This document shows, piece by piece, positions 49,087 to 61,994 of a DNA stretch of 64,000 bases. The notes under the pieces were generated by a model that saw nothing but the letters and a program-made list of their open reading frames with translations, ran no database searches and was not told the origin of the DNA. Source of the DNA: Octopus vulgaris (lineage: Eukaryota); the NCBI GenBank assembly GCA_951406725.2, contig OX597821.1, positions 71,114,001 to 71,178,000 of the forward strand. The letters run 5' to 3'. The translations under genes were made by a program, and so were the position numbers. The stretch's first letter is position 1. Each line of letters starts with the position of its first letter.

Positions 49087-52000
49087 ATGCACACATGTCC
49101 ATATATATACACACATCACTAATTTGTAACAGCAAAACATACCGCATTACATGCAAATCAAGCTTTTGTTCCCAGGCCTGTAATCCTGCTAAAACTCCTT
49201 CCAAGTGTCCCCCCCCCCCATGTTATTTTCATTTATTTATGCTGTCTCCATCCATTATCAAACCTGGGATCAATTAATCCCCTTATGTTCATGAAGAGGA
49301 TGTTCTGACACAGCCACAGAACAAGGACCGGAAAGAAAGGTTCAACTCAAAGAATTTCTAGACTTTAAACATCAACTGCATAACTTTTTACCTGGTCTGG
49401 GTCGATCTGAAAAGGTTTTGAGTATTTCCTTTTAAGGAGTTCACTGTCATAGAAATAATGATGATAGTGAGACATGTCCAGGGCATCTCAGCCCTGAAGA
49501 TTTTTGCTGATCTTTATTAGTTCTCTTCCTGTATCTTTTCATTTCTTTGTTTCAGTCATTTGACTGCGGCCATGCTGCAGCACCGCCTTTAGTTGAGGAA
49601 ACTGACCTCCAGGACTTCTTCTTTGCAAGCCTAGTACTTATTCTATCAGTCTCTCTTGTTGAGTTGCTAAGGACATAAACACACCAGCATCAGCTGTCAA
49701 GTGATGTTGGGGAGAAAAACACAGATACACACTCACATATATATATATATATGTATATATGATGGGCTTCTTTCAGTTTCCGTCTACCCTATCCGCTCTC
49801 AAGGCTTTGGGCCACCCGAGGCTATAGTAAAAGACACTTGCCTAAGGTGCCACACAGTGGGACTGAACCCAGAAGCCATGTGGTTGGTAAGCAAGCTACT
49901 TACCACCCAGCCACTTCTGCACCTATAAATTTCACAAATATTCTCACCAAAACTTTCTTGTGCCATTTTATGGGTTGGTGTGCATTCTATGAATTAACCA
50001 GCTGCAATGGTGGAGGATATTTCATCTCATATTTCCTTGACTCAACTTTTTCTTAATATTACTTCTGCTAAAAAAAAGAAAGAAATAGATGCTTCTCTGT
50101 GTGTGTGTGACAGTGTAGCTGTTTGTGTATGTATGGTATGCCCACTGCCTTATGAGTGTCTGTTATATCTGTGAATGTGTGTATATAGGAAGGGCATCCA
50201 GCTGTAGAAACCATTCCAAATCAGATTGGAACCTGTTCCAGTCAAACCATTTCAACCGATGCCAGCATGGAAAGCAGACACTAAATGATGATGATGATGA
50301 TGCTATATATATTTAGGGTAGACACTTGTGTGTGGAGAATGCTGCCATGCTCTATCTGCAAATGTGGGAGTTGATGTCTCACCAGGTAGTGAGGCAGTTC
50401 TGTAGATGTTTTGGCCCCTTCCACTGCAACACCAGAACTGCCCAGGGCCATCCACTGACGTAGATGACAAAAGCCCCATTCAACAGCTCAGGCTTTCTGG
50501 AATCAGATGTTGCAACAGTCTGGGGTCAAATGTTTCTATCTTCCTCAATTCTCATTCTTGTTGCACCACCACTCGTCCTCTCTCTCTCTCTCTCTCTCTC
50601 TCTTGAGCCAGATTTAATAGCTTGCTTTCTCAACAGTTTCTGGCAATCTTCTGCCAGCATCTTTTTCTCTCCTTGGCAGCAAGTCCAAGACTCCTGAACA
50701 CCAAGTGAATCCTGCTTCCAACAAATCTTCTAACACCTTATCTCTACAGGAAGACACGTCATCTCTCGTCCATTGTTTCCACAGAGTTCAACCGACTTCT
50801 CTGTCTTCCTGGAGGAATGTGTCTTTGATTTTCACTTCCCAGGGTATTATTAGGGTTACCATATTCACCATCTCCCTTTGTCTGCACCATATTATGTATG
50901 GTGTGATTGTGGAAATTTGACCAAGAAATGCATTATTGCTGCTTGTTTCTCAATTCTCTTTTAGTTTTTGCCATCTCTCTCACATAATGTTGATGATGTA
51001 TTTCTCTTTGGCCAGAGTTGTTGATTGTGGTACCGAGTGGTAAGCACTTTGTGGATTGACAGTTTGGTCTGTGACTTGGTGAAATGCAACTTGTTCCATA
51101 AATAAGCCTGCATTTAAACAGGCTTTTCATTGGAAACACTGACAGTCTTGTGTGACTCATGGTTCTTGGCCATAAGTAATTTTCTCTGAAGAGAAAGTAA
51201 GAATCTGAAAGGGACCCAGTTCTGCTGAAATTATGATCTGTTGGTTGTTGTCAAGGCCTACTTGTTCTCTCTGGAGGTTTTTGATTTTAAAATTATCTTA
51301 GAGCAAAGTTAATTAATTTAGTAAATAAAATAAATATGTCCTGTCCTCCATGTTGTGTTTTCTAGTATACAAAGGCAACCTAGTAAATAGACAATGGCTG
51401 CAGCTTTAAGGGACAACTGGCCACATGGGTTTGTATGTGGTTGTATTGCAGAGCATGGTTGGGGGGGGGTCATTTTATGTACTCAATCATTTCCACTCCA
51501 TACTTCATTGTATAGCAAGGACTTGAAAGGTGACAATCTTGCTGAAAATAATCTCTTAAAATATTTGGATTGTATATAAGAAATATTGTATTTTTTCTAA
51601 GTAAATGATTTTTATTCTTGGTTTTGCATTTTCTTCATTTATTCTTACACTCATGTTCAGCTTAATATCCATAATACCATGCCTTACTTTAAGCCAGAGC
51701 TTCTAATGGAATGACAGGAATGTTAAAATGAATGTGTATTGGGCATTTTAAAACTGGTGGAGCCCTTCAATCTCAGTACTTGAGTGGTACTTTATTCGAC
51801 CTCTAACCAGCTGCACAGTGACTTCACTAGTACGGGTGGCATGACAAAAGCACTCAGGACATACTATAAAATGGTTGGCATTAGGAAAGGCATCCAGTAA
51901 TAGAAACCATGCCAAATAGACACTGGCATGATGCAGTCCTTGGGCCCATTGAATTCCATCAAACTGTCCGAGTGCCATCTACAATGCTCCAGTCTGGTGG

Positions 52001-52514
52001 TTGTCCACATTCCAATCTTTAAGGCTCCATGCTACATCAGACAAAGATGTTCTCTTTCTTGATCTTATCTCTAAAGTGCTGTGTGCATCAATCACTGACT
52101 ATTTTTATAGTCATCATAAAGACTAGCTTTTGCGTGATTCCTTTTGGGTGAAAAATAATGGAGACAAACCAGTTGATGGTATGGGAGGCCATGATGGACC
52201 AGAGGCAGCTGATCTGGTTGCCTGCAACAATGAAATGAAAGATCTTAATGGAGGAACGACAGTCTAGGAGAAATGCATAACAAGAATGAGCACGATATAG
52301 ATAATTATCCAATTAGTACTAATTTTAAAGAGGTTAATTTACTGGATATTAATGTAAGCTTACATTGATACAGCTGTAACCTCTATCTTCAATAATTAGT
52401 AAAAAGCATAAGCAAGCATTTTTCTAACCCTGACCCATCAGAGGAAGCAGCCTTCAAAAAGGTTGCCACATTAGAGAAGATAATATTATAAGAACAATAT
52501 AACACGGAACCAAT

Positions 52515-53228
52515 CTTCTTTCTTTATTGCTCAGAAGGGGATAGACAAAAGGATTAAGTCGATTAGATCGACCTCAGTACGTCACTGGTACTTAATTTAT
52601 CGACCCCGAAAGGATGAAAGGCAAAGTCAACCTCGGCGGAATTTGAACTCAGAATGTAACGGCAGACGAAATACCTATTTCTTTACTACCCACAAGAGGC
52701 TAAACAGAGAGCTCAGATAAACGGATTAAGTCGATTAGATCGACCCCAGTGCGTCACTGGTACTTATTTAATCGACCCCGAAAGGATGAAAAGCAAAGTC
52801 GACTTCGGCGGAATTTGAACTCAGAACGTAACAGCAGACGAAATACCTATTTCTATTTCTTTACTACTCACAAGGGGCTAAACACAGAAGGGACAGACAA
52901 AAGGATTAAGTCGATTATATCGACCCCAGTGCGTAACTGGTACTTATTTAATCGACCCCGAAAGGCCAAGTCGACCTCGGCGGAATTTGAACTCAGAACG
53001 TAACGGCAGACGAAATACCTATTTCTAATTCTTTACTACCCACAAGGGGCTAAACACAGAGAGGATAAACGGAAAAAGTCGATTACATCGACCCCAGTGC
53101 GTAACTGGTACTTAATTTATCGAGCCCGAAAAGATGGAAGTCGACCTCGGCAGAATTTGAACTCAGAACATAACGGCAGACGAAATACGGCTACGCATTT
53201 CGCCCAGCGTGCTAACCTTTCTGCCAGT
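52515..53228 (-). mobile_element. Head-to-tail tetramer of a tRNA-derived SINE (Meta-domain-like core)
   Basis: Four ~170-180-bp units, each with atcgaccccgaaaggatgaaaggcaaagtcgacctcggcggaatttgaactc (B-box gttcaaattcc on the minus strand). Only the rightmost unit has the tRNA-like head. Confidence 0.85.
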
Positions 53229-54459
53229 GAAACACATAGAAGCAGGGAAATTTTATGGTTTATTAATAAAGCTGCAAAGAATCAACCAAAACTGTCCGAC
53301 GAACAGAAACGTGAAACTCTGAGTAACAGTGTTTGTGATGTTTTTGCAGCTTTATTAATAAAGTGTGAGTACACACACACACACACAAATTCAGATGCGC
53401 GAATATAATAGTAATAATCAACACAGAAGCTCACATATATGAATTATTATTCAACTAATACTAATATGAGTTCATTCCGTGTTGAAATAATGAGGCATTT
53501 TTTTTTTTTTTTTGTATGGAATAAGTTATTTTTATTTTACAAATATCGAGTTTAGAATCCATGACAACAACTCGGACGTTAAGTGAAGGTGTTTGTTGTG
53601 CATTTCGCTCTGCCTTCCTTTCAAACACATAATAATAATAATAATGGAATTATTGTATACAGTGCTCAGGTGCATCACAACTTGTCAAAGAGTGCGTATA
53701 AAGCATATGCAGTAATGGAAAGTGAACAGTGTATGAGTCAGATACATGCTTCGTTATTCCTTAAAACGAGTTAATTTGGGTAAAATTTGGCTATTCTTGG
53801 TTCAGGTAGTCTTTTAAATCATGTTATCACATTAACCCTACTCAAGTAGAGGGTTGTTGTTTGCCAAGATGTACCTGGGTGTCGTTGGTTTGTCTTTTTT
53901 TTTTTTTTTGAGGAATTTGTCCAGTAACGTTTGGATGTTGTTTTTTCTTTGATTTCTTTCGAAATAATGTTGAACGGGCTGGAGCATTTGAGACAAAAAT
54001 ATTGTATCGCAATGTGATGTAATTTGAGCCCGAGTTCTGTAGAAAAAGTATGATTTGGGGGCCAGGCCTTGGGTGACTTGTAACTTGTGTATAGAAATAT
54101 TTTCTTTCTGTTTGTGAGAAAATATGTCCAGATATAGAAATATTCCGATTTCGTTCAAGGGAACTAACTCACTTCTATCTACTAAAATTGATATACAACA
54201 TTTTCCTTCTCTTATTATATTTCATCTTTCTCAAGTATAACAAAATCCATTTTTATTTAGAACTTTAGAAACTATGGCTATATTTCTTAAATACTATTTA
54301 GATCGCCACCAGTTTTTTCTGCGATGCAACTCAGCTTTCAGCATAGTTTTGAAGATTGCAGGATAAGCATACAAGAGTAACTTCCCTTTATAAAGCTGGC
54401 TGCATACAAAAAAAAAAAAAAAGAGATGTGAAATATTTGTGATGACTAAAAGTAATTAT

Positions 54460-56010
54460 TACTAGTAGTATCGCCCGGCGTTGATCGGGTTTGTTTCGAC
54501 CCTTTAGAATTGGAATTTTTAAAAAGTAAGGAATTTGCATTATGTAGCTTATTATTCTCTTTTCAAGTGAACATTTTTCTGGTTGAAATATACCGAAAAA
54601 TGGCGACAGAGCAGTCAAAAAATCGTAAAGAAATAGGGATTTTCATAGAAAAAAAAGCACCTTTTTAATGTAAATAATTTTTGGTGTTAAAATGGTCCGA
54701 TTTGAATTTTTGGATCTTTTCTATTCTGAAGCCAGGACCACAGATCTTTCTACTTAACTAAATAATCTGAAACTTCGTATGCTGATAGAGTCTAGCAAAA
54801 CAAGACACAAGTTGGAACTAGTTTATTTGAGAAAAATCTATTTTATGACTTTAATCGTAGATTAAAACTGCGAATTTTAACCAATCAGATTGTTTGTTTT
54901 CATGTGTAAAACTTGACTGCATTCTATTAGTGTGACGTAGAAAGCGCTTTTGTGACGTACTAACGTTCGGAAAACTGTAAACAAACACGGCAGACGAAAT
55001 ACGGCTACGCATTTCGCCCGGCGTGCTAACGTTTCTGCCAGCTCTTTGCTTTTTTAATATTAAATTTCGGCGAAGTTTCGCTTGTCGTAGCACAAGTTTT
55101 CCGTCGATTTCCGTAAAAAACTTTTATTTTTTTACATAAGTAATGAGAGCGAAAGAGATTAAGAGGAAGCAATTTTATGACGAGGGAAGTTTGTCTTTGA
55201 AGTTACCGTCTAGGGGAAGCATTGATGTACATGTGTGTGTGTGTGTGTGTTTGATGGGGTGTGGGAGACAGTACGTTGTGTAAGTGAAGTGCTTCTGTTA
55301 GTGTGTGTGAAGAGACAGAGAGAGTAATGTGTGAAAGAGAGAGATAACTGAAATTTTTTACTCGGTGTATGTGTATACGTATGTCTGCATGTATGTGTGT
55401 GTGTGTATGTATCTATGTATGTATGGCCAATTCATCGTAATTACGATTACGATGAATCGGCTATACATACATACACACACACACATACTTACACATACAT
55501 ACACACACACATACATGCAGACATACAGAATGGAAACATTTTCAATTTAATACATGTGGCTTATTAACTAGTTTTAAATATTGTTATTAGAAGGTGGCTG
55601 ACTTGTTTACATTTAAGATGTTAAATACGTCACGAAATTGGTGGTCGAGACGGAGTAAATAAAATAAAGCCGAATGACGGAATATCATTGGTTAAAATTC
55701 TAATTATTAAACAACGTTAAACTTAGAAGTTACAATTCCGTTTTCATTCTGGTTTACAATTAAGTTTACTTTTGACACATTCTACCAGTATACGAAGTTT
55801 CAAATTGTTTGGTTCAGTAGGAAAAATTTGAAAAAACTGGCCTCAAAATAGAAAAGATCCGAATTTTTTTCTTCTACGGAATGAAGAACAAGCCTTCTTC
55901 TATCATACTCTCAATTTAGGTCAACTTGCGCCGCAGGGTCTCGTAGGAGATAGTGTTAGTTGAAGGCTACCAACACCTGCCACACACAGACAACTTCAGC
56001 TTTATATAGA
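54460..56010 (-). mobile_element. Helitron split by a nested TIR transposon
   Basis: Matches the intact 32966-33316 copy on both sides of the 54712-55860 insertion. Confidence 0.8.
54712..55860. mobile_element. Non-autonomous TIR DNA transposon with 8-bp TSD
   Basis: TIRs ggatcttttctatt / aatagaaaagatcc, TSD gaattttt at 54704-54711 and 55861-55868, and internal inverted motifs aattttaaccaat / attggttaaaatt. Confidence 0.85.
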
Positions 56011-56314
56011 GAATTTGCTCAATGACTAACATCATTTTGCTGACAAAATTTACGACTTGTCTTCCCGTATTTTGTCAAGTGTTGAAGATTATTTCGGGCA
56101 TGCGAAAGAAAGATCAGACTTCACCGTATTTGATAAAATAGTGATATGTAGATATATTGGTTTCAAATTTTGGCACAAGGCCAGAAATTTCGGAGAAAGA
56201 GAAAATCGGTTTCATCGACAGCAGTGTATTTCTGGAACTTATTTTACTGACCCCGGCGGAATTTGACGGACGAAATGTCTCCAAGAATTTTGCCTGACAT
56301 GCTAATGATTCCTT

Positions 56315-56892
56315 CTGTTATAGGCACAAGGCCTGAAAATTGGGGTGGGGGGATTAAGTCGATTACATCGACCCCAGTGCGTAACTGGTACTTAATTTAT
56401 CGACCCCGAAAGGATGAAAGGCAAAGTTGACCTCGGCGGAATTTCAACTCAGAACGTAGCGACAGAAGAAATACCTATTTCTTTACTACCCACAAGGGGC
56501 TAAACACAGAGAGGACAAACAAGGACAGACAAACGGATTAAGTCGATTATATCGATCCCAGTGCGTAGGTGGTGCTTATTTAATCGACCCCGAAAGGATG
56601 AAAGGCAAAGTCAACCTCGGCGGAATTTGAACTCAGAACGTAGCGACAGAAGAAATACCTATTTCTTTACTACCCACAAGGGGCTAAACACAGAGAGGAC
56701 AAACAAGGACAGACAAACGGATTAAGTCGATTATATCGACCCCAGTGCGTAGGTGGTGCTTATTTAATCGACCCCGAAAGGATGAAAGGCAAAGTCGACC
56801 TCGGCGGAATTTGAACTCAGAACGTAGCGACAGACGAAATACTGCTAAGCATTTCACCCGGCACTCTATAGATTCTGCCAACTCGCCGCCTT
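56315..56892 (-). mobile_element. Head-to-tail trimer of the same SINE
   Basis: Three cores at ~56400, 56583 and 56768, ~184-bp period, with the head only on the rightmost unit. Confidence 0.85.
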
Positions 56893-57384
56893 TGTGATAT
56901 GATATTGTAGATGAGCCGGTGGGAAGATTAGCATAAAAACAAATAAATAAACGACTGAGATTAATTACTAATCTCTATGATGTAATCCATAATTTAACAA
57001 AAAATAACTTAAAAGTATGAATGGAATTTGATAGACGTGAGCTTGCGGCCCAAATGCTCCTCCCCCAGCTTTTAAATCCTTCGTCTTCTTATCGTGCTTC
57101 GACTGCAAAACGCAAACAGCGTCGTGTCTCTCGTCAAGAATCCAACAAATTGTCTTTTTATATTCTTCTTTATCGTCATATTTTCTTTTTCCAGTCACTG
57201 GTCTCCGGCCCCGCTGGAGCACCGCCTTGAAGTATTTTAGTTGAACGAATCGACTCTAGTACTTTTGCATTTTTTAAAGTTTGGTACTTTTTCTATAAGT
57301 CTCTTTTGTCGGACCGTTAGGTTACAGTGAATGCAAACAAACCAATACCAGTTTTCAAGCGATGGAGGACAAGCACAAGGGCAC

Positions 57385-57753
57385 GCATACATACGTACAT
57401 ATATACACATACACACACATACATACATTCATACATACATACATACATACATACATACATACATACATACATACACACACATACATAGACACACATACAT
57501 ACATGCACACATACATACATACATACATTCACATACATACACGCACACACATATACACATACATATATACATACACACACATAGACATACACGCATACAT
57601 ACATGCATACATGCACACACATTCATACATATATACACACACATACATACATTCATACATACATACATACACACATACATACACACACACACACATACAT
57701 ACATACATACATACACACACACACATACATACATACATACATACATACATACA

Positions 57754-57783
<30 letters not shown>
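57385..57783. repeat. Compound (TACA)n/(CA)n microsatellite
   Basis: Directly visible. Source of the HTYI/MYVC pseudo-ORFs. Confidence 0.97.
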
Positions 57784-57784
<1 letters not shown>

Positions 57785-58439
57785 CCTTTAATTTCGTTTA
57801 CTGGAAACGTCTTTGAGAAAGCAATATAAAAGCTCCTATCTTATTTTGCCGGTTACAGCCTAATGATGCCAACTTGCAGAAACAATTTTATGGGATTGTA
57901 CCGAGCTCTGCTTTTATGATAATTATAATAATAATAATAATGATAATTGTTTTAATCGCTACCAATGTATACAGTACGTTTCTCTGCCCTAGGTGTCAAG
58001 AAGGCACTCGGCAAGAAATGGAAACAAAATTGAAAGAAGATGCTAATAATAATAATAATAATAATAATAATCTATGGATGGAATTTATAAATATTTTAGT
58101 GCATCGCTATGTAGCGCGTTTCCTCAAATCTCAAGTTTCTTACGATCATAGTCCGTATTTCCGAGATGATTACAGTAAAACCCGCAGTATTCATAGACAT
58201 CGGGTGCATCATATTTCATGAGTTCATTTCATCAAGCGATAAAGCATTGAAGTTAGAAACAACGAATGTATAACTGAAAGATATTTATCAATTTTCACCA
58301 ACCAAAAGGTTCATTGGGGTATGTGGGCGCAGTTGAGTGTATATTTGGTGGGGGAGAATAGAAGGTGGTGGAAAGAGAGTAAATGTAGATGAAATTGGTG
58401 ATGTTTCTGCATTCTCATCTGTAATCTCTGTTTTGTTCT

Positions 58440-59750
58440 GACAGCATCTGCTCCTTGTTAGGGAAACATTTTTTTAATAGGATACCAGCTTCCTAAACAC
58501 ATCATCTTTTGTGACATCTTCGAACCCCTACATCATTTGCAAACGTTACCATATCTTTCCGAATTTGACGTAAACTTGGAAAGTCACAGATACAGTTTGG
58601 CCCCAAGCATCACACAAAGCTGACCGTTTCATTTTATCTCATGACTCGGCTATGTTATTCACAATATCGCTACGTTGAATTTCTTCCAGTCTCTAACTCT
58701 AAGATTATCCTCCTTACCAATCGTTTTTACAAGTTATTTGAAAGCTCTCGTAGCAGTAGCTAAATAGTTGAATGATCTCCCTTGCAAGAAATATTATAAA
58801 GTAACCTCCCTTTACTAAGTTTCTCGAAGAATCTGTGTCATGAGGCGTGATTCTTAATTATTCAAGAAGCTTAGCGTTTCACTTGGAAGTTTTAAGAATG
58901 TTTAGTGTTCCATTAATAAAAACAGCTTGCTAACCCTGCTCTTTATCTCTTAGTTGATTAGACTTTGAGCCAATCACGTCATTGCTATGTCCATCTATTT
59001 TTCTACGCCACATGACTGAAAACCACCACTTAGCTGTTATTTCTACATATTCTACCTCTGAACTTTCTTGCATAGATCCCTTCATTCAACTAGATTCTAC
59101 ATTTTGATTCTATGTATCATCATCGACCAATAAATAAAATACATTTTCATGCAGTAAATATATAGTTCTTGAATTCTTTCATCTCTATATGAAATCTTAT
59201 AATAATATATACGCAGCCACATCAACACCTTGTACTGACTATATATTCCCACTACACTCTTTTCAGATAATATGCCTTGAAGTAAGGCATCACAACTTGG
59301 TCCATTGGTCGGAACATACAAGTTGTATTCTTGGAGATATATTCAACTCTCATATTACCAAAAAGCTCATTTAAGTTCATTGGGTGACTTGGTGCATTGT
59401 CTAAAAAGAGCCATGCTTTGTGGAAACTGTATCTTTTCACAGTAGGATAAGAAAACTGTTTCTGAACCACTGCTCGAGAAACACTTCGTCGACCGTGCCT
59501 TCTTATTTAAACACTCAATCAAAGTAAATTAAAACCAGAGTATGCGCTTGAAAGTCCTTATCATCAGCGGCATATTCTCGCCAAAGCGTCAGGCGACTTT
59601 TGGAAGTTTTAAATTCTATTATTGATTTTTCTTCTCAAGAAATGTTCTATCAAGCACAAGTTTCCAGTATAGTGCAGATTAATTAAAGTATACTGGTTCT
59701 GGCATCTGGCCCCTTTATCAACCATTTTCTTCAACTGCCCGAGATAATGC
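58440..59750 (-). pseudogene. pogo/Tigger-type DDE transposase relic
   Basis: WLFLDNAPSHP..EYISKNTTCMFRPMDQVVMPYFKAYY matches the LLLDNAPSH..LPPNTTS.LQPMDQGVI..FKA.Y signature. Upstream SALYWKLVLDRTF / FKTSKSRLTL remnants, with multiple stops and frameshifts. Confidence 0.85.
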
Positions 59751-60595
59751 TGAAAATGTTCAATGTCAATTAGATTCATTCAAATCTTTTTACATAGACC
59801 TCTTCACATTCAGACATAGTCTGATCCCAAAACTAACAGCTCATTCTTTTTCTTCTTTCCTTTTAGATAATAAGCGTAACTGTAGAAGCTTACAGCGCTT
59901 CGTCCCTTTGCGTGCATCTCGTACAGGACCGATTTATTTCTGTTGCTGGAGAATGCATTTCAGACTGATAGGAATACCAATCCAAGGGGTTTCTGGAAAT
60001 CATTTGTGGCCCTCCGGAACAGGCCATCCAAATGATTCTCGTCAGTGCCTGCAGTTGCCCCAAGAACGTTGTCACTCTTATCCCCCACCAGTTTTCTATC
60101 GAAAGCCAACGTGGAAACTCCACCCGGTTGCACCACCCGACTGGCAGAGTGTTGTAAGTGCTTAGCTACACACTTATTCTGCTCTTTGTGCCTGGGAATT
60201 ACGCCCAGGCTACACATGTCTGTTGAATATCCAATCAGACGTTGATTTAAGAGCAAGAAATTCACTTGATCGAATAACTGAATCCTCGACGTCGACGACA
60301 GAAATCCACCATCATTCGCACATGATGAAACGTTGTCGAACAGTTTGCACACATCCCGACGAACAGAAAAATAACAAAAGTTCCCAAATTTCATAACTGA
60401 AAATGTGAACAAAATGTATTTCGGATTAAACGTAGACGTGGCTGTGTGGTAAGAAGCTTGCTTTTCAAACACCTGGTTCCGGGTTCGGTCACACTGCATG
60501 ACACTTTAGACAAGTGTCTTCTACTATAGCCTCGGACCTACAAAAAACCTTGAGACCGGATTTGACAGATGGAAACTGAACGAAACCTGTTTTGT

Positions 60596-60631
<36 letters not shown>

Positions 60632-61288
60632 GTACTATGTATGTATTCATGTATGTATGTATGTATGTATGTATTTATGCATGGTCGAGCCGTCGGCGTC
60701 TAAACCGGCAACCCCACCAAGCTTGCTTGGTGAGGAGGGTGTTTATTGGACACCCTGCAGGATGAAAAACAAAACCCGTCAAAGGGCGGAGGAACTCTCG
60801 AGAGTCAACGGCCATCCAATAAATGTGTAAGTTTTTTAAGGCTTAAGGCTGTATCATGCGCGGGGACATAGAAATAATCGGACTAAATACCCGATCGCGC
60901 GGTTAAACCATTGGGAGTGAAGGACTCCTAGCCTTTGTTAGGGCATCCTTCTAGGAGAAGGTAACTCAGGTAACAAGGATAACTCCGACATAAAACCTGC
61001 GGCTCAGTGGTTACTGATGATGTTGACTTGTTCTTCTTTTCGGATTATGGCTGCTGTTGCTTAGTGAGTGGGATTGACTCAGTGCACAGTTTTTCCTCGC
61101 TTTAAAAAAAATCTTGCACAGGCATTGCACGATAGCAACATTGTTCATGATTGTTGATAGTACTGTGAGTCTCAACTGAATAGCTGGCTGTAGCCTTAAA
61201 AAGCAAATAAAAGTCACATTTGATCTCAGCACCAGTAACAGTTAAGCTTTGTGCAATGGCCGTACTCGATAACGAGGGGGCAGCCATC

Positions 61289-61401
61289 ATGTATGTATGT
61301 ATGTATGTATGTATGTATGTATGTATGTATGTATGTATGTATGTATGTATGTATGTATGTATGTATGTATGTATGTATGTATGTATGTATGTATGTATGT
61401 A
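61289..61401. repeat. (TATG)n microsatellite (another at 61868-61944)
   Basis: Directly visible. Confidence 0.97.
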
Positions 61402-61994
61402 TAACCTATCGGTTTGTCAAACGCGTCCGATAGAGTAAGCATCAGGCTTAAAAATGGTACTGGGTCGATTCGTTGGACTAAAAATTCTTGAAGGCGGTGC
61501 CCCAGCATGGCCACAATCTAATGGCTGAAACAAATAAAAGATAAAAAATATGTGAATTTCATGTTCTCGAATGAAAGAAAGGAATGCAGTTTATTTTGAA
61601 CGTAAAAATAAAACAAACTTTAATTTCTCTTTTCATAAAATAATGTAGGAACGGAGTCAGTGGTGAATAAGTTCTTTATTTGTTACAGAATTATTAAGGA
61701 CGGGGATTAATTCTTCAGCAAAAAAGCTTGCAGTGAAACATCCAGTCCAGATCTCTGTAAAACTTCGCCTGATTACTTTCGCCTGGAGACAGCATAGAAC
61801 AATACAATTTCATTCTTTACTAGTTTTGTAATTATTCTCCAAATTACAACAATAATCATCCAAAACGTATGTATGTATGTATGTATGTATGTATGTATGT
61901 ATGTATGTATGTATGTATGTATGTATGTATGTATGTATGTATGTACCTGTGTATATATATGTATTTAAGCATGCACATATATATATATATATAT

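Noticed and set aside
49288-49335. ATGA followed by a tgttctg/cagaaca stem as a SECIS element
   Set aside because: No correctly spaced apical AA or 3' GA quartet partner, so it does not fit canonical SECIS geometry by eye.
52515-53228. Regularly spaced repeats resembling a CRISPR array or retrozyme
   Set aside because: The units repeat in full with no unique spacers, there are no cas genes and the context is eukaryotic. I found no CUGANGA/GAAA hammerhead core in the unit.
57237-57829. Long His/Thr/Tyr/Ile or Met/Tyr/Val/Cys ORFs (also at ~23.4k, 29.0k, 61.2k, 62.5k)
   Set aside because: Translations of (TACA)n/(TA)n/(CA)n microsatellites.
59960-60499. 179-aa ORF, the longest outside ZDHHC16
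   Set aside because: Starts in a SINE, runs through repeat-derived sequence and has no recognisable protein motif.
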